Below are positions 47,951 to 61,627 of a stretch of DNA of 64,000 nucleotides, in pieces. Position numbers and translations under genes: made by a program. The DNA is from an uncultured Verrucomicrobiae bacterium (lineage in GTDB: Bacteria > Verrucomicrobiota > Verrucomicrobiia > Limisphaerales > Palsa-1400): assembly GCA_963764165.1 (NCBI GenBank), contig CAVXRD010000002.1, positions 2,848,001 through 2,912,000 on the forward strand, in the 5' to 3' direction. The notes beneath the pieces are model-generated. The model worked only from the letters and a program-made list of their open reading frames with translations. It ran no database searches and was not told where the DNA came from. Numbering within the stretch: the first letter of the stretch is position 1; every line of letters starts with the position of its first letter.

Positions 47951-48676
47951 TCAGGATTTCCGGCGCAGGCGAGCCAGAATCGCGCATCCGCCCATCACGC
48001 CAAGAGCAATCGTGCTCGGCTCAGGCACCGACAAGGTCGCGCCGAAGGTCAGGGCGGGATCGCCCGAACCAGCCGAAACCAAGTCCCACACAGGAGTGTT
48101 CGCCGTTCCGACGTTTTCCCATGCGTCTCCGAAATTTGCGCCGACCGTAGCCGGGGAATAAAGGGCCAACCCTGCGGATTCTGAAGGAGACAGGTTCTGG
48201 AAGACCAGCGTCCAGGTAAAATCAGCCGGAACCAACACGTTGGGCGTGTAGGTCAAGCTCGAACCGTCGGTGAAGGTGGAGAGACCCAAAGAACTCAAAG
48301 TCGAGAAACCGCTGCTCCAGATTAATGAGCTAGGGGTGTTATAGTAGCTATAAACGATAGGGCCGTTGTTCTCGTAGAAATTCAGTTCGACTTGCTCCGA
48401 ACCGGTCGGGGTTCCGGTGCCCGTCAAAGCAAACTGAACGGCAGCCTGGGTGATGTAGTAGGAGAAAGTGGAAGTGTCGCCAGCAGAACCGCCAGCCAGC
48501 ACCACTTCGTTGCCAGCTTCGCCAAAGCCCGCGCCGTTGTTGAAATTGAACGTTGCATTCTGGTAGGTTGTGTCATTGGCATACACAAGCGTTTGGCAAT
48601 GAGCACTTTGGGCGATAAATAGTGCTGTGCCGATACCGGTTGCTTCAAGCAGAATGGTCGCGAGCCTAGTTTTCAT
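47951..48676 (-). CDS. PEP-CTERM sorting-domain protein
   Basis: Signal peptide; C-terminal VPEPSTIALGVMGGCAILARLRRKS. Confidence 0.92.
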   Translation of the reverse strand: MKTRLATILLEATGIGTALFIAQSAHCQTLVYANDTTYQNATFNFNNGAGFGEAGNEVVLAGGSAGDTSTFSYYITQAAVQFALTGTGTPTGSEQVELNFYENNGPIVYSYYNTPSSLIWSSGFSTLSSLGLSTFTDGSSLTYTPNVLVPADFTWTLVFQNLSPSESAGLALYSPATVGANFGDAWENVGTANTPVWDLVSAGSGDPALTFGATLSVPEPSTIALGVMGGCAILARLRRKS

Positions 48677-48970
48677 TTAATAATTCGGTTATTTTTACAG
48701 TGGGATGCGTTTTTCCCCCGCTGTTCTTGCCATTAAGACAAAACCTGACCCGTAAGTCAAGCGATTTATCAAAAATTCTTCAATATTTCCACTAACTTTA
48801 TCCTCCGGCTGATGGTGCTCTCAACACCGGTGGTCTTCCAGCGAATTTTCATCATTACCGATGGGTTGAAAGATTTATCTAAGTTCATTAGTTGCAGGTT
48901 TTTGCATGAAATCCAAAGCGCGGCGAGAGAGGCGCTCGAAAGACATCTGTGAAGTATAATTTTATACGTA

Positions 48971-50980
48971 TCAACCGCGCCCGGGTGTGGGTTCAGCGAG
49001 TTGCTTTTTCAACTCTTCCTTCCATTCCGAATTCAGTTCTTCGACAGTTTTGCCAGTGTTCTTGCTCCAAATGGCATCAGTGTAGTTTCCATCGCGCATG
49101 GCCGCGTTAAGCTGCGGAACGAGGTCTTTGTCGTACTTCCCGCTTACCCAATTGAGGAAATTGGCGGTGATTCGATAGCTGCCGTTGTAATTGGCTCGGT
49201 CAAGTCCGCGGCGGCGGATTTCCGCGCCTTTGCTCTGTGGCTCGAAATGGTACCAGCGATAATAATCGGCGATCCCTTCCACAAGATAGCCGGGATCCTC
49301 GGTTGGATGCGCGTTGTGGCGATGGGCGGCGCCGTATTGCTGCACGACATGGACGCATTCATGCACGAGCGAGCCGATGGCTTCGCCTTTGAGCTGCTTG
49401 CGGATCCACCCGTTGTAAGCCGTCACGAGTGTGCCTCTGGTATCCGCGACGCCGGGGCCGTTCTTGAAGGTGACCGTGAATTTCTTCGGCGCCTCGTAAC
49501 CTTCGCTGGGGAAATACTCAACAATCTTGGGGTACCATTCAAGCAGCGCGGGCGCGAGCTTGTTGGTGACCCACTCGGTCAAGTCAGGCGCGCGCGAGGT
49601 GTTGAAGTCGATTTCGTATTTTCCGTCAGCCGTGTGGGCAACGTAAACCGCCGGGGCTGCACTGGCGTCGCCGGTGGATGCCCCGTCGGGGGTGACTTCG
49701 TCCGGGCCCAGCACGTTGATCTCGCTGTAAAACGTATTGCCAAAGGCGTCCTCCGTTTCAGAGGGAGAACACGCGAAAAGCAGGTATCGATATTTGCCGA
49801 CCAGCCCGCCGTGATTGCGAATGCTGGCCGCGTATTGCCCGCCCGGTTCGCCGTCCTTCGGACGCGTATCGACTGCCGCAATAAATGTCCAGCCACATTT
49901 GGATGGATCTATGCCGCTCTTGGGAAAAGAATTGAAGCCCGCATCGCCGCCGTCTGAACCGTAAACTTTATATACCTGCGGGGCGCGTGAGCTGCCGTGC
50001 CACGAGTAGCTGTTAATCTGCGCGATGGGCTTGGCCTCGCCCAAATCCAGCCGCAAACGTCCGCCGGGGGCGCCGGCTGCAAAGAAAAAATTCTCGGACG
50101 GCTGATCTTCCTCGGTGGGCATCTGTCCATCGGTCAATTTTTCGATGCCTCCGGCATTGGCGTCGGATTCGCCGTTGATGATGTTAAACTTGCCGGGTGT
50201 TCCTTTCTTGGCTGGAGACGGAACGTGTTTGAATTTGAAGGCTGCGGTGGCGTCTCCAGCCTCGTTATGATCCGTCAGAACGGTGATGCCGCCTTTTTCA
50301 CTGACACCCGCGCCTTCGACGCCGCCGACGGGGAGCACGCTGATCTCGCTGTAAAACGTATTGCCAAAACTGTCGTCCGTTTCGGTGGCCGCAATATCAA
50401 AAAGCAGATACCGGTAGCTGCCAATTGGCCCGGCGGAGTCCGTGATGCTGACGCCATACTGGCCACCGGGTTCGCCATCCTTGGACCGGGTGTCCACTGC
50501 GGAAATGAGCGTCCAGCCGCACTTGACCGGATCGGTTCCCGTTTTAGGCGAAGAGTTGAAATCCGCCGCCGTTCCGGTCGCGCCATAGACCTTGTAAACC
50601 TGCGGGGCGCGCGTGTCCGTATGCCATGAGTAAGTATTGATTTGTCCGATGGGTTTGGCATCGCCAAAATCGAATCGAACCCGCCCGCCGGGCGTGCCGG
50701 CATCGAAGAAGAAATTTTCGGTCGGCTGGTCTTCCTCGCTTGGCAGTTGGCCATCGGTCAATTTCTCAAGTCCGCCACCGTTGCTGTCGGAATCCCCATC
50801 CACGATGCTGACCTTTGCGGTCAGGCCGCTTTTGGCGGCATGCGGGACGTTTTTGAAGTCAAACGCGGGCGTGGCGTCGCCTTTTGCCTTATGTTCGGTG
50901 ACGACTTTGATTTCGGCGCTCGCCGGAGAGGCTAGCGCGACGACGGCAGCGCAGACGACTGCCAATAAACGAGTTTGCAT
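48971..50980 (-). CDS. Secreted BSP-family (basic secretory protein) metallopeptidase-like protein with two tandem N-terminal domains
   Basis: HECVHVVQQY, LVEGIADYYRW, YNGSYR.TANFL; duplicated KLTDGQ.P.EEDQP.ENFFF...FGNTFYSEI units. Confidence 0.85.
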   Translation of the reverse strand: MQTRLLAVVCAAVVALASPASAEIKVVTEHKAKGDATPAFDFKNVPHAAKSGLTAKVSIVDGDSDSNGGGLEKLTDGQLPSEEDQPTENFFFDAGTPGGRVRFDFGDAKPIGQINTYSWHTDTRAPQVYKVYGATGTAADFNSSPKTGTDPVKCGWTLISAVDTRSKDGEPGGQYGVSITDSAGPIGSYRYLLFDIAATETDDSFGNTFYSEISVLPVGGVEGAGVSEKGGITVLTDHNEAGDATAAFKFKHVPSPAKKGTPGKFNIINGESDANAGGIEKLTDGQMPTEEDQPSENFFFAAGAPGGRLRLDLGEAKPIAQINSYSWHGSSRAPQVYKVYGSDGGDAGFNSFPKSGIDPSKCGWTFIAAVDTRPKDGEPGGQYAASIRNHGGLVGKYRYLLFACSPSETEDAFGNTFYSEINVLGPDEVTPDGASTGDASAAPAVYVAHTADGKYEIDFNTSRAPDLTEWVTNKLAPALLEWYPKIVEYFPSEGYEAPKKFTVTFKNGPGVADTRGTLVTAYNGWIRKQLKGEAIGSLVHECVHVVQQYGAAHRHNAHPTEDPGYLVEGIADYYRWYHFEPQSKGAEIRRRGLDRANYNGSYRITANFLNWVSGKYDKDLVPQLNAAMRDGNYTDAIWSKNTGKTVEELNSEWKEELKKQLAEPTPGRG

Positions 50981-51040
50981 AGAGTATAAGTATGGAATTT
51001 CAAAATCAGTTATTGCGCTGACACCCTGTTTGCGCACAAA

Positions 51041-51058
51041 ATAATAAAATTTTATTAT
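51041..51058. promoter_or_regulatory. Perfect 18-bp palindrome, candidate operator
   Basis: ATAATAAAATTTTATTAT between the divergent BSP gene and gltB. Confidence 0.5.
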
Positions 51059-51081
51059 AGAGAAACGATAAGAGCAGTCTG

Positions 51082-54000
51082 ATGAGCGAAACAAGAGCAA
51101 ACAGAATTGGGCCCACTTGTTGGCCAACAAAACAGGGCTTGTATGATCCGCAGTTTGAGCATGACGCCTGCGGGGTCGGCTTCGTTGTCGATATCAAAGG
51201 CCGCAAGTCGCACAAGATTATCCGCGATGCTCTGACGATCCTTATCAATCTCAACCATCGCGGCGCCTGCGGCTGCGAGGCCAATACCGGCGATGGCGCG
51301 GGCATCCTGATGCAGATTCCGCACGGCTTTTTCAAGGCGGTGCTGCCCAAGGACAAAATCAAGCTCCCCGCCGCTGGCGAATACGGCGTGGCGGCGGTTT
51401 TCCTGCCGCGCGATCCCAACGAGCGCCGCCGCTGCGAAACGATCTTCGAGAATATCGTCGTCGAGGAAGGCCAGAAATTCCTCGGCTGGCGCGTGGTGCC
51501 GACCGACAATTCGAGCCTGGGGGCGACCGCGCAGGCTACCGAGCCGCGCATGCAGCAAGCCTTTATCCGGCGCGGGCCAAAAACGACGGACGAGGCGGCA
51601 TTCGAGCGCAAACTGTACGTTATTCGCAAGCGCGCCGAGCGTTCAATTCGTTACGCGGCGGTCAAAGGCGGCCATTTGTTTTACATTTCGAGCTTGTCCA
51701 GCCGCACGCTGGTTTACAAAGGGATGCTGCTGACAGAGCAGATGGATCTTTATTATCCCGACCTGAAGAATCCCGCGATGGAAAGCGCCTTGGCGCTGGT
51801 GCATTCGCGCTTCAGCACCAATACTTTTCCAAGCTGGGATCGCGCGCATCCAAACCGCTACATCGCGCACAACGGAGAAATCAACACGCTTCGCGGAAAC
51901 GTCAATTGGATGCAGGCGCGCCAGGCCATTTGCGAGAGTGATTTATTCGGCAGCGATTTCAAAAAGCTGCTTCCGATCATCAACACCGACGGATCCGATT
52001 CCGGCATGTTCGACAACTGCCTTGAATTGCTGGTGCTCTCTGGCCGTTCGTTGCCGCACGCGGTGATGATGATGATTCCCGAGCCGTGGTCCAATCACGC
52101 CACGATGAGCGACGAGAAAAAGGCCTTTTACGAATATCACAGTTGCCTGATGGAACCGTGGGACGGCCCGGCTTCGATTGCCTTCACCGACGGCCGCAAA
52201 ATCGGCGCGGTGCTGGATCGAAACGGCTTGCGCCCTTCCCGTTATTACGTGACGAAGGACGATTTGGTCATCATGGCGTCGGAAGTCGGAGTGCTGGATA
52301 TTCCGGCCGATCGCATTTTGGAAAAAGGGCGCTTGCAACCCGGCCGCATGTTCCTGGTGGACACGGAAGAAGGCCGCATCGTCGACGATGAAGAATTAAA
52401 ACAGAAGATCGCCACGGAACAGCCGTATCGCAAGTGGTTGAACGAGCATTTGCTCGATTTGGCCAGCATCCAGGAATCGGCCCACGCGGCGGAGACTTCG
52501 CATAATACCGTTTTGCAGCGCCAGCAGGCGTTCGGATACACGTTCGAGGACTTGCGAATCGTGATGGCCCCGATGGCCCGCGAGGGCGTCGAGGCGCTCG
52601 GCTCGATGGGCTGCGACACGCCGCTGGCGGTGCTCTCAAACAGGCCGCAGCTTCTCTACAACTATTTCAAACAATTGTTCGCGCAGGTGACCAATCCTCC
52701 GATTGATTGCATTCGCGAAGAATTGGTGACTTCAGCCGTCACGACGATTGGCTCCGAGCGCAATTTGCTGAAGCCAAAGCCTGCGAGCTGCAACTTGATC
52801 AAGCTGGCCGCGCCGGTTTTGACGAACGAGGAATTCGCCAAGCTGAAATACATCCGGCAGGCGGGCTTCAAATCGGTCACGCTGCCCATTCTATTCCGCG
52901 CTGCCGATTGCGAGGCGGGATTGGTTCGCGCATTGGACGATTTGTGCGCCCGAGCCTCGAGTGCTGTCGAAGCTGGCGCAAACATTGTCATTCTTTCCGA
53001 CCGCGGTGTTGACGTGGAACTGGCGGCCATTCCCGCCTTGCTGGCGGTTGCGGCGGTGCATCATCATTTGATCCGAGAAGGCTCCCGCACGCGCGTCGGG
53101 CTTGTTCTTGAATCGGGCGAGCCGCGCGAGGTGCATCATTTCTCGCTGCTCATCGGATTTGGCGCGGGCGCGATCAATCCTTACGTCGCGTTTGAAACGC
53201 TCGACGACATGATCCGCCAGGGGTTGCTGACAAACGTCACGCACAAAGTCGCGTGCAAGAATTACGTCAAGGCCGCGGTCAAAGGCGTGGTGAAGGTGAT
53301 TTCCAAAATGGGAATCTCGACCATCCAAAGTTATCGCGGCGCGCAAATTTTCGAGGCCATCGGACTGCATCCTTCGGTCGTGGAACGGTATTTTACCGGC
53401 ACAGCGTCCCGCGTCGGCGGCGTTGGCCTCGATGTGATCGCGCGCGAAGTGCAGTTGCGCCACGCAGAGGCATTCCCGGATCGTCAAGTGAACGGCCACA
53501 CGTTGGAGGTGGGCGGTTTTTACCAATGGCGTTCCGAAGGCGAGCATCATCTTTTCAATCCGCAGACAGTCCACAAATTGCAGGCCGCCTGCCGCAATGC
53601 GGATTACAAGGCGTTCAAGGAATATTCCGCCGCGGTCAACGACCAATCGAAACGCGCCAGCACCTTGCGCGGATTGCTGGAATTGAAATTCGGCAACCAG
53701 CCACCCGTGCCGATTGAAGAAGTCGAGCCGCTGGAAAACATTTTGAAGCGTTTCAAATCCGGCGCGATGTCCTACGGCTCGATCAGCAAGGAAGCGCACG
53801 AGGCGCTCGCCATCGCCATGAACCGAATCGGTGGCCGGAGCAACACCGGCGAAGGCGGCGAGGATCCCGCGCGTTACGAACTGGAACCGAACGGCGATTC
53901 CAAAAACAGCGCCATCAAGCAGGTCGCTTCCGCGCGTTTCGGCGTCACCAGCCTCTATCTTGTCAAAGCCAAAGAGCTGCAAATCAAAATGGCCCAGGGC

Positions 54001-55707
54001 GCCAAGCCCGGCGAAGGCGGCCAGTTGCCCGGCGGCAAGGTTTATCCGTGGATCGCCAAAGTGCGCCACGCCACGCCCGGCGTCGGATTGATTTCACCGC
54101 CGCCGCATCACGATATTTATTCTATCGAGGATCTTGCGGAACTCATTCACGATTTGAAGAACGCCAATCAGGAGGCGCGCATCAGCGTCAAATTGGTGGC
54201 GGAAGTCGGCGTGGGCACCATCGCCGCGGGCGTCGCAAAAGCGCATGCCGATGTCGTGCTCATTAGCGGACACGACGGCGGCACCGGCGCGTCGCCGCAG
54301 ACGAGCATCAAGCATGCGGGCATTCCGTGGGAACTCGGATTGGCCGAAACGCACCAAACGCTCGTGCTCAACAATCTCCGCAGCCGCATCGTGGTCGAGG
54401 CGGACGGCCAACTGAAAACCGGGCGCGATGTCATTGTGGCTGCGCTGCTGGGCGCGGAAGAATTCGGTTTTGCCACCGCGCCGCTGGTTTCGCTGGGCTG
54501 CATCATGATGCGCGTTTGCCATCTCGACACCTGCCCGGTTGGCGTGGCCACACAAAATCCGGCCCTGCGCAAAAATTTCAAAGGCGACCCGGCTCACGCG
54601 GTCAACTTCATGAAGTTCATCGCGACGGAAGTTCGCGAATTGATGGCGCAGCTCGGTTTCCGCACCATCAACGAAATGGTCGGCCGCGCCGATTACCTTG
54701 AAGCCCGCGAAGCCATCGAGCATTGGAAAGCGCGCGGACTTGATTTCACGAACATCCTCTACCAACCGAACGCGCCCGAGGAGTATGGCCGTTATCAAAC
54801 GCTGCCGCAGGATCACGGCCTCGCCGATGCGCTTGACAACAAGGTGCTGCTCAAGCTGGCCGAACCCGCCTTGGCGCGCGGCGAAAAAGTCGAGGCGACG
54901 ATGCCGATACGCAACATCAACCGCGTGGTCGGGACCATTCTCGGCAGCGAAGTCACTCGGCGTTACGGCGTCGCTGGGCTTCCCGAGGACACGATCAAGA
55001 TTCATTTCAAAGGATCGGCCGGGCAAAGCTTCGGCGCGTTCATGCCGAGCGGCATGACATGGACGCTTGAAGGCGATGCCAACGATTCGCTCGGCAAGGG
55101 ATTGTGCGGCGGCAAAATTATCGTATTCCCACCTGAAGGATCCACCTTCGTCGCGGAAAAGAACATCATCACAGGCAACGTCGCCCTCTACGGCGCGACG
55201 CGTGGCGAGGCTTACATTCGCGGGATGGCGGGTGAGCGCTTCTGCGTCCGCAACAGCGGCGCGAGCGCGGTGGTGGAATCCGTTGGCGATCACGGCTGCG
55301 AATACATGACCGGCGGACGCGTCGTCGTGCTGGGGCCGGCGGGGCGGAATTTTGCCGCCGGAATGTCTGGCGGCGTCGCCTACGTTCTCGATGAGGCGAA
55401 GACTTTCGAAAAAAATTGCAACTTGCAAATGGTTGATTTGGGCAAGGTGGAAGATGCGGCGGAAATTGAAGAACTTCGTCTCATGATCCATCGCCACGCC
55501 CAATACACCCGCAGCCAGCGCGCCTTCAAAGTGCTTGCATTATGGGAGGAAATGCTTCCCAAATTTGTCAAAGTCATGCCGAAGGATTACAAGCGCGCTC
55601 TCGAATGCATGCGCCGAGTCGAACAAACAGGTCTCAGCGGCGAGGAAGCCGTGATGGCTGCATTTGAGGAAAATGCCCGCGACGCCGCGCGCGTTGGCGG
55701 CAGCTAA
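51082..55707 (+). CDS. gltB: Glutamate synthase large subunit
   Basis: [50 protein letters not shown]. Confidence 0.99.
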   Translation: MSETRANRIGPTCWPTKQGLYDPQFEHDACGVGFVVDIKGRKSHKIIRDALTILINLNHRGACGCEANTGDGAGILMQIPHGFFKAVLPKDKIKLPAAGEYGVAAVFLPRDPNERRRCETIFENIVVEEGQKFLGWRVVPTDNSSLGATAQATEPRMQQAFIRRGPKTTDEAAFERKLYVIRKRAERSIRYAAVKGGHLFYISSLSSRTLVYKGMLLTEQMDLYYPDLKNPAMESALALVHSRFSTNTFPSWDRAHPNRYIAHNGEINTLRGNVNWMQARQAICESDLFGSDFKKLLPIINTDGSDSGMFDNCLELLVLSGRSLPHAVMMMIPEPWSNHATMSDEKKAFYEYHSCLMEPWDGPASIAFTDGRKIGAVLDRNGLRPSRYYVTKDDLVIMASEVGVLDIPADRILEKGRLQPGRMFLVDTEEGRIVDDEELKQKIATEQPYRKWLNEHLLDLASIQESAHAAETSHNTVLQRQQAFGYTFEDLRIVMAPMAREGVEALGSMGCDTPLAVLSNRPQLLYNYFKQLFAQVTNPPIDCIREELVTSAVTTIGSERNLLKPKPASCNLIKLAAPVLTNEEFAKLKYIRQAGFKSVTLPILFRAADCEAGLVRALDDLCARASSAVEAGANIVILSDRGVDVELAAIPALLAVAAVHHHLIREGSRTRVGLVLESGEPREVHHFSLLIGFGAGAINPYVAFETLDDMIRQGLLTNVTHKVACKNYVKAAVKGVVKVISKMGISTIQSYRGAQIFEAIGLHPSVVERYFTGTASRVGGVGLDVIAREVQLRHAEAFPDRQVNGHTLEVGGFYQWRSEGEHHLFNPQTVHKLQAACRNADYKAFKEYSAAVNDQSKRASTLRGLLELKFGNQPPVPIEEVEPLENILKRFKSGAMSYGSISKEAHEALAIAMNRIGGRSNTGEGGEDPARYELEPNGDSKNSAIKQVASARFGVTSLYLVKAKELQIKMAQGAKPGEGGQLPGGKVYPWIAKVRHATPGVGLISPPPHHDIYSIEDLAELIHDLKNANQEARISVKLVAEVGVGTIAAGVAKAHADVVLISGHDGGTGASPQTSIKHAGIPWELGLAETHQTLVLNNLRSRIVVEADGQLKTGRDVIVAALLGAEEFGFATAPLVSLGCIMMRVCHLDTCPVGVATQNPALRKNFKGDPAHAVNFMKFIATEVRELMAQLGFRTINEMVGRADYLEAREAIEHWKARGLDFTNILYQPNAPEEYGRYQTLPQDHGLADALDNKVLLKLAEPALARGEKVEATMPIRNINRVVGTILGSEVTRRYGVAGLPEDTIKIHFKGSAGQSFGAFMPSGMTWTLEGDANDSLGKGLCGGKIIVFPPEGSTFVAEKNIITGNVALYGATRGEAYIRGMAGERFCVRNSGASAVVESVGDHGCEYMTGGRVVVLGPAGRNFAAGMSGGVAYVLDEAKTFEKNCNLQMVDLGKVEDAAEIEELRLMIHRHAQYTRSQRAFKVLALWEEMLPKFVKVMPKDYKRALECMRRVEQTGLSGEEAVMAAFEENARDAARVGGS

Positions 55708-55729
55708 TCTCCACCCCCTAAACACTTCA

Positions 55730-57211
<1,482 letters not shown>

Positions 57212-57303
57212 AGCGCAGGCTTGGCGCTTCACTGTTAGAGCACAGGGTTTTCTTGGCGAAATGCCGGAGTTGGTATAGATTCACCGCAGAGATAGCTTGT
57301 CTT

Positions 57304-57555
57304 ATGAGCGTTACAATTCAATTGGATCTGCCTGAAGGCTTGATTCAGGAAGCCCGCCAAATGGGCTTGCTTGAAAATCAGCGCGTGGCGGAGTTGGTAG
57401 CAGACGAGGTGCGGCGGAGGAACGCGGGGCTGAATTTGAAGAAAACGCTGGATGAAATTCGTGCGACGCCGGGCGAGCCGTTGGCCATCGACGAAATAAA
57501 TGCCGAAATAAAGGCTGCACGGGCCGAGCGTCGTGCCCGTGAAGCTCGTCGTTGA
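57304..57555 (+). CDS. Putative antitoxin
   Basis: MSVTIQLDLPE...EINAEIKAARAERR; overlaps the PIN gene; TTGGCG-N17-TAGATT promoter at 57253-57281. Confidence 0.7.
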   Translation: MSVTIQLDLPEGLIQEARQMGLLENQRVAELVADEVRRRNAGLNLKKTLDEIRATPGEPLAIDEINAEIKAARAERRAREARR

Positions 57556-57967
57556 CATCAACGTGCTGGTGTCGGGCTCGCTTTGGCGGGGAAATCCGTC
57601 CCGCCTCGTCGATGCGCTCTTAGACGGCTCTGCGACGCTTTGTGCCTCTGCCTCCCTTTTCGCCGAACTCGAGGAAGTTCTCCAGCGAGAGAAATTCCAG
57701 AAACGCCTTAATGAAACCGGAAGCAATGCAAACGAAATTATCTCCCGGTTCAAAGCGTCGTCGTTGGTTGCAGAAGGCCCGCCCATCCCGGCGCCATCGG
57801 CCCTTCGTGACCCTGATGATCTCCATGTGCTTGCCTGCGCCGCGCACGCGCGGGCCGATGCAATCGTTACCGGCGACAACGATCTGCTCTCATTAAAATC
57901 CTTCGATGGCATCCCCATTCTGAGCGTGCGGCAAGCGCTCGAGATACAGGGCCTTTCTTCAACTTGA
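57533..57967 (+). CDS. PIN-domain toxin (PIN_3-type)
   Basis: VVDINVLVSG, ELEEVL, RDPDD..LACA, IVTGDNDLL. Confidence 0.88.
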   Translation: MPVKLVVDINVLVSGSLWRGNPSRLVDALLDGSATLCASASLFAELEEVLQREKFQKRLNETGSNANEIISRFKASSLVAEGPPIPAPSALRDPDDLHVLACAAHARADAIVTGDNDLLSLKSFDGIPILSVRQALEIQGLSST

Positions 57968-58053
57968 AATCGTATCAGACCAGGCTGTTGGAGACCGGGG
58001 GCCCCCAGACCCTGCTTGCCAAGTGCCCGCCTGTCGCTAGAATTCCGGAGGTC

Positions 58054-60675
58054 ATGATCACAAAACCTCTTCTTTTTGCGTGCGCTTGCTTGGGCGCGTT
58101 TGCCGTGCTGGCGGATGATTTGAATTTGAACGCGCCGCATGGAGGGCCGGGCGAGGCCCATCCCATCAGGCGCAACTACGCGCCGGATCGCAGCGCCGGG
58201 TTCTCCCACATGAGCCTGGACATCACACCGAGCTTTGAGCAGCACACGATCACCGGCAAAGTGGTTTTCAATTTCAAGCCCGTGGCCAAATCGCTCGATC
58301 AATTGGAATTGAACGCGTCGGACATGACCATCGACGGAGTGGAGTCGAGCGCGAAGATTCAAGCGTGGCAATATGCGAAGGACAAATTGATCGTCACTTT
58401 CGCCGAGGCTATTCCGGCCGGCCAGGATTCAACTTTGTCGATTCGTTATCACGCGCAGCCGGTGAAGGGGCTTTATTTTCGCACGCCGGACATGGGCTAC
58501 AAGGCGGGCGACGAACATTTGTTCACGCAGGGCGAAGCCATCGACAATCGCTATTGGTATCCGTGCCCGGACGAGCCGATTGACAAATATACGACTGAAG
58601 TCACTTGCCATGTTCCTGAAGGGATGACCGTGCTCTCCAACGGAAGACTCGTTTCCAACGAAAAGGACGGGGCGGGCTTGAACGCATTCCATTGGTCGCA
58701 GGAAAAGCCCCATGCCAATTATCTCGTCTCGCTGGTGGCGGGCTATTTCAAAAGCGTCGAAGACAAGCACAACGACACGCCGCTCGCAATGTATGTCCCG
58801 CCTTCGGACATCGCGGAGGCGCCCAATTCGTTTGTTGACACCAAGGACATCATGGATTTCTTCGAGCACGAAATCGGCGTGCCGTTTCCGTGGGCCAAGT
58901 ATTACCAGGTGCTCGTGCAGGATTTCATGGAGGGCGGCATGGAAAATACCAGCCTCACGACGGAAACGGAATTCACGCTCTTCACGCCGGCCACAGAGAA
59001 TTTGCATTCCAGCCAGGGATTGGTTTCGCATGAAATGGCGCACCAATGGTTCGGAGATTTGGTGACGTGCAAAGACTGGAGCCAAATCTGGCTTAACGAG
59101 GGTTTCGCAACCTACTACTCGACTTTGTATGACGGCCATAAGGACGGCGAGGACGCGATGCTCTACAATTTCTACAAGCGACTCCGGTCCTTGACGTCGT
59201 CGAGCAACACCGCTCCCATCGTCAACCGAAAGTTCGAGTCGCCGGACGACATCTTCGGAAGCCTCGTCTACGACAAAGCCAGCTATGTGTTGCGCATGCT
59301 GCGGACGCAACTCGGCGCGGACTTGTATCGCAAATGCATCAAAACGTATTTGGAACGCCATCAATACGGCAGCGTCGTGACGGAAGATTTGTCGGACGTC
59401 ATTGAAGAACTTTCCGGCAAATCGTATGACCAATTTTTCGATCAATGGATGTATCATGGACTGTTCCCGCAATTGTCCGTTTCTTATTCATGGGACGAAA
59501 AAACGAAGCTCGCGAAAATAACCATCCAACAAACGCAAGCTGTGAATGACGAAGTGCTGCTGTTCGATTTCCCGCTCAACATCGCCTTCAAAGGCAAATC
59601 CGGCCGCATCGAGAAGACCGTCACTGTCAAACAAACCTCGGAGGATTTCTATTTCGCCCTCCCGGAAGCCCCGGACCAGGTGCGGCTGGACCCGCGCGTG
59701 GAAGTGCTGGCAAAAATTACCATCGACCTGCCGCCAGCGATGATCGCTGCCGAATTGGCCGACGATTCTGACGTTGTCGCACGGTTGGACGCGGTCGCCT
59801 CTTTGCGCGATAAAAAAGATCACGCCACGATTGACCAATTGTCCCGTGCGCTCAATCACGATCCGTTTTACGGCGTGCGCATTGACGCCGCTTCCGCGCT
59901 CGCCTCGATGCGCTCCGATGAAAGTTTGAAAGTTCTGATCGCCTCGCTGGATCAAAAGGATGCGCGCGTGCGGAACGCCGTTGCCAGCGGCATCGCGGCA
60001 TTTTACAAGCCCGCTGCCAAGGAAGCGGTGCTTAAAGCGCTGGCCTCCGAGCAGAATCCGGATATCGAAGCGCAATATATTCGCGGATTGGCCAATTACT
60101 CGGAGCCGGAAATTCATGATCGTTTGCTCACGTGCTTGAAATCGCAGTCCTATCGCAACCGCCTGACGGAGGCCGCGATCTCCACCATGCGCACACAGGA
60201 TGACGCGGCGTATGCGGAGCCAATCCGCAAAGCGCTGGAGGAGCGCCGCGCCGATTTCACCACGGGCGGAGTCTCATCCGCCTTGGATGCCATTGCGTTC
60301 CTTTCGCGCAACGACGAGCGGAAGGACTTCGTCCGGGGATTTCTGATTGCCTTTTTGAATGACAAGAATGTCTCGATCCGCAATGGAGCCATCAGGGCGC
60401 TTGGAACTTTGGGTGACGCGCGCGCGATTGCAGTCCTGCAAACATTTGCAAACGCCAGCCGCGAAATTCCAGAGCAAGCTCCGGCCGAGGCTGCGATTCA
60501 GTCAATCCGCTCCAATCGCAAGCAGGGTGATAATTTGAAAGACTTGCGCGACACCGTTTCAGACTTGCAAAAGGAAAATCGCCAATTGCGCAAAGACCTG
60601 GATACGCTTCAGAAAAAATTCGAAGCCATCCCTGAACTGCCACCCGCCAAAAAGTCCAAGAAACAGTCCAAATAG
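58054..60675 (+). CDS. pepN: M1 aminopeptidase with C-terminal HEAT repeats and coiled coil
   Basis: GGMEN, HEMAHQWFG..WLNEGFA, VYDKA; signal peptide; GGAGG upstream of the ATG. Confidence 0.9.
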   Translation: MITKPLLFACACLGAFAVLADDLNLNAPHGGPGEAHPIRRNYAPDRSAGFSHMSLDITPSFEQHTITGKVVFNFKPVAKSLDQLELNASDMTIDGVESSAKIQAWQYAKDKLIVTFAEAIPAGQDSTLSIRYHAQPVKGLYFRTPDMGYKAGDEHLFTQGEAIDNRYWYPCPDEPIDKYTTEVTCHVPEGMTVLSNGRLVSNEKDGAGLNAFHWSQEKPHANYLVSLVAGYFKSVEDKHNDTPLAMYVPPSDIAEAPNSFVDTKDIMDFFEHEIGVPFPWAKYYQVLVQDFMEGGMENTSLTTETEFTLFTPATENLHSSQGLVSHEMAHQWFGDLVTCKDWSQIWLNEGFATYYSTLYDGHKDGEDAMLYNFYKRLRSLTSSSNTAPIVNRKFESPDDIFGSLVYDKASYVLRMLRTQLGADLYRKCIKTYLERHQYGSVVTEDLSDVIEELSGKSYDQFFDQWMYHGLFPQLSVSYSWDEKTKLAKITIQQTQAVNDEVLLFDFPLNIAFKGKSGRIEKTVTVKQTSEDFYFALPEAPDQVRLDPRVEVLAKITIDLPPAMIAAELADDSDVVARLDAVASLRDKKDHATIDQLSRALNHDPFYGVRIDAASALASMRSDESLKVLIASLDQKDARVRNAVASGIAAFYKPAAKEAVLKALASEQNPDIEAQYIRGLANYSEPEIHDRLLTCLKSQSYRNRLTEAAISTMRTQDDAAYAEPIRKALEERRADFTTGGVSSALDAIAFLSRNDERKDFVRGFLIAFLNDKNVSIRNGAIRALGTLGDARAIAVLQTFANASREIPEQAPAEAAIQSIRSNRKQGDNLKDLRDTVSDLQKENRQLRKDLDTLQKKFEAIPELPPAKKSKKQSK

Positions 60676-60680
60676 GATGT

Positions 60681-61493
60681 TTAATGAACGGGCTGCCCGT
60701 TGTAGGTCCAATTAATATCTGTCCGTCCCGGGTCACCCGCGCTTGTCCCTGTATTGGTGCAAATGTAGGAGTATTTGAAATAGGCCGCATGCCCGTCGGA
60801 GAACGTCAAGTCGGCTCCCGCGCTGTGCCGCGATGAAAGACGCGTCGTGTAAATATGGGAGCACGCCAGAGTCGCAGGCGTCGTCCCGTAATACGGGATC
60901 TCGGAAGCGTGCGTCCGCACGTCCGCCAGAAACACAAACGCTGACGGGTGTTGGACGAGTTTGGACGTGAAGATCGTGCCCGTTGGGAGTCCGAAATTGC
61001 CTTTGTAATTCATGGCAAAATTGAAAACGACTCGCGTCAGCGGCGGCGTGTTGACATCGGGTGGAAGCGCGCTCGAGGTGGCGCAATTGAATATGCCAGG
61101 ATTGTTGACGAAGTTGGCCGGATTGGCCGCATACTGCCAGAGCGATTGCTTGCCGACATAGGGCGGAAGAACGTTATACCAAACCGCCGTGCCGCTCCCC
61201 GCAGCCTGAGCGGCCGTGAGATCCTCCCAGCGCGGCGTGTCCTCATTGAAATCGCCGGGCAATCCGGGGCTGCCGTTTGTCAGCTTGGCATCTGGAAAAA
61301 CGCATGACGCGTCATCCAGGTACATATTCATCCCCAATCCCCATTGGTGGAGATTGTTGAGGCAGCTTGTGCGATTGGCATCTTCCTTTGCTTTCGCCAA
61401 AGCGGGCAGCAGCATCGACGCAAGAATGGCGATGATGGCGATGACAACCAGCAGTTCAATTAAAGTAAATGCCCGCGTGTATTTTAGTCTCAT
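60681..61493 (-). CDS. Prepilin-type N-methylation domain protein with H-X9-DG motif
   Basis: [44 protein letters not shown]. Confidence 0.92.
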   Translation of the reverse strand: MRLKYTRAFTLIELLVVIAIIAILASMLLPALAKAKEDANRTSCLNNLHQWGLGMNMYLDDASCVFPDAKLTNGSPGLPGDFNEDTPRWEDLTAAQAAGSGTAVWYNVLPPYVGKQSLWQYAANPANFVNNPGIFNCATSSALPPDVNTPPLTRVVFNFAMNYKGNFGLPTGTIFTSKLVQHPSAFVFLADVRTHASEIPYYGTTPATLACSHIYTTRLSSRHSAGADLTFSDGHAAYFKYSYICTNTGTSAGDPGRTDINWTYNGQPVH

Positions 61494-61627
61494 GGTGTTT
61501 CGTCCGTCGATCGAGGATTAGCACAAGCGGGGCCAACGTGGTTTTCCCTCTGGCAGCGGCGAACGATGCCTTCACGGAGGGATAATTGTTATTCACTTTT
61601 CAGCGCGCACCGGATAAAAACTAGCCC

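Noticed and set aside
57254..57290. tRNA-like GGCGAAATGCCGGAGTTGGTA
   Set aside because: No anticodon arm, T-arm or acceptor pairing; better explained as a -35/-10 promoter.
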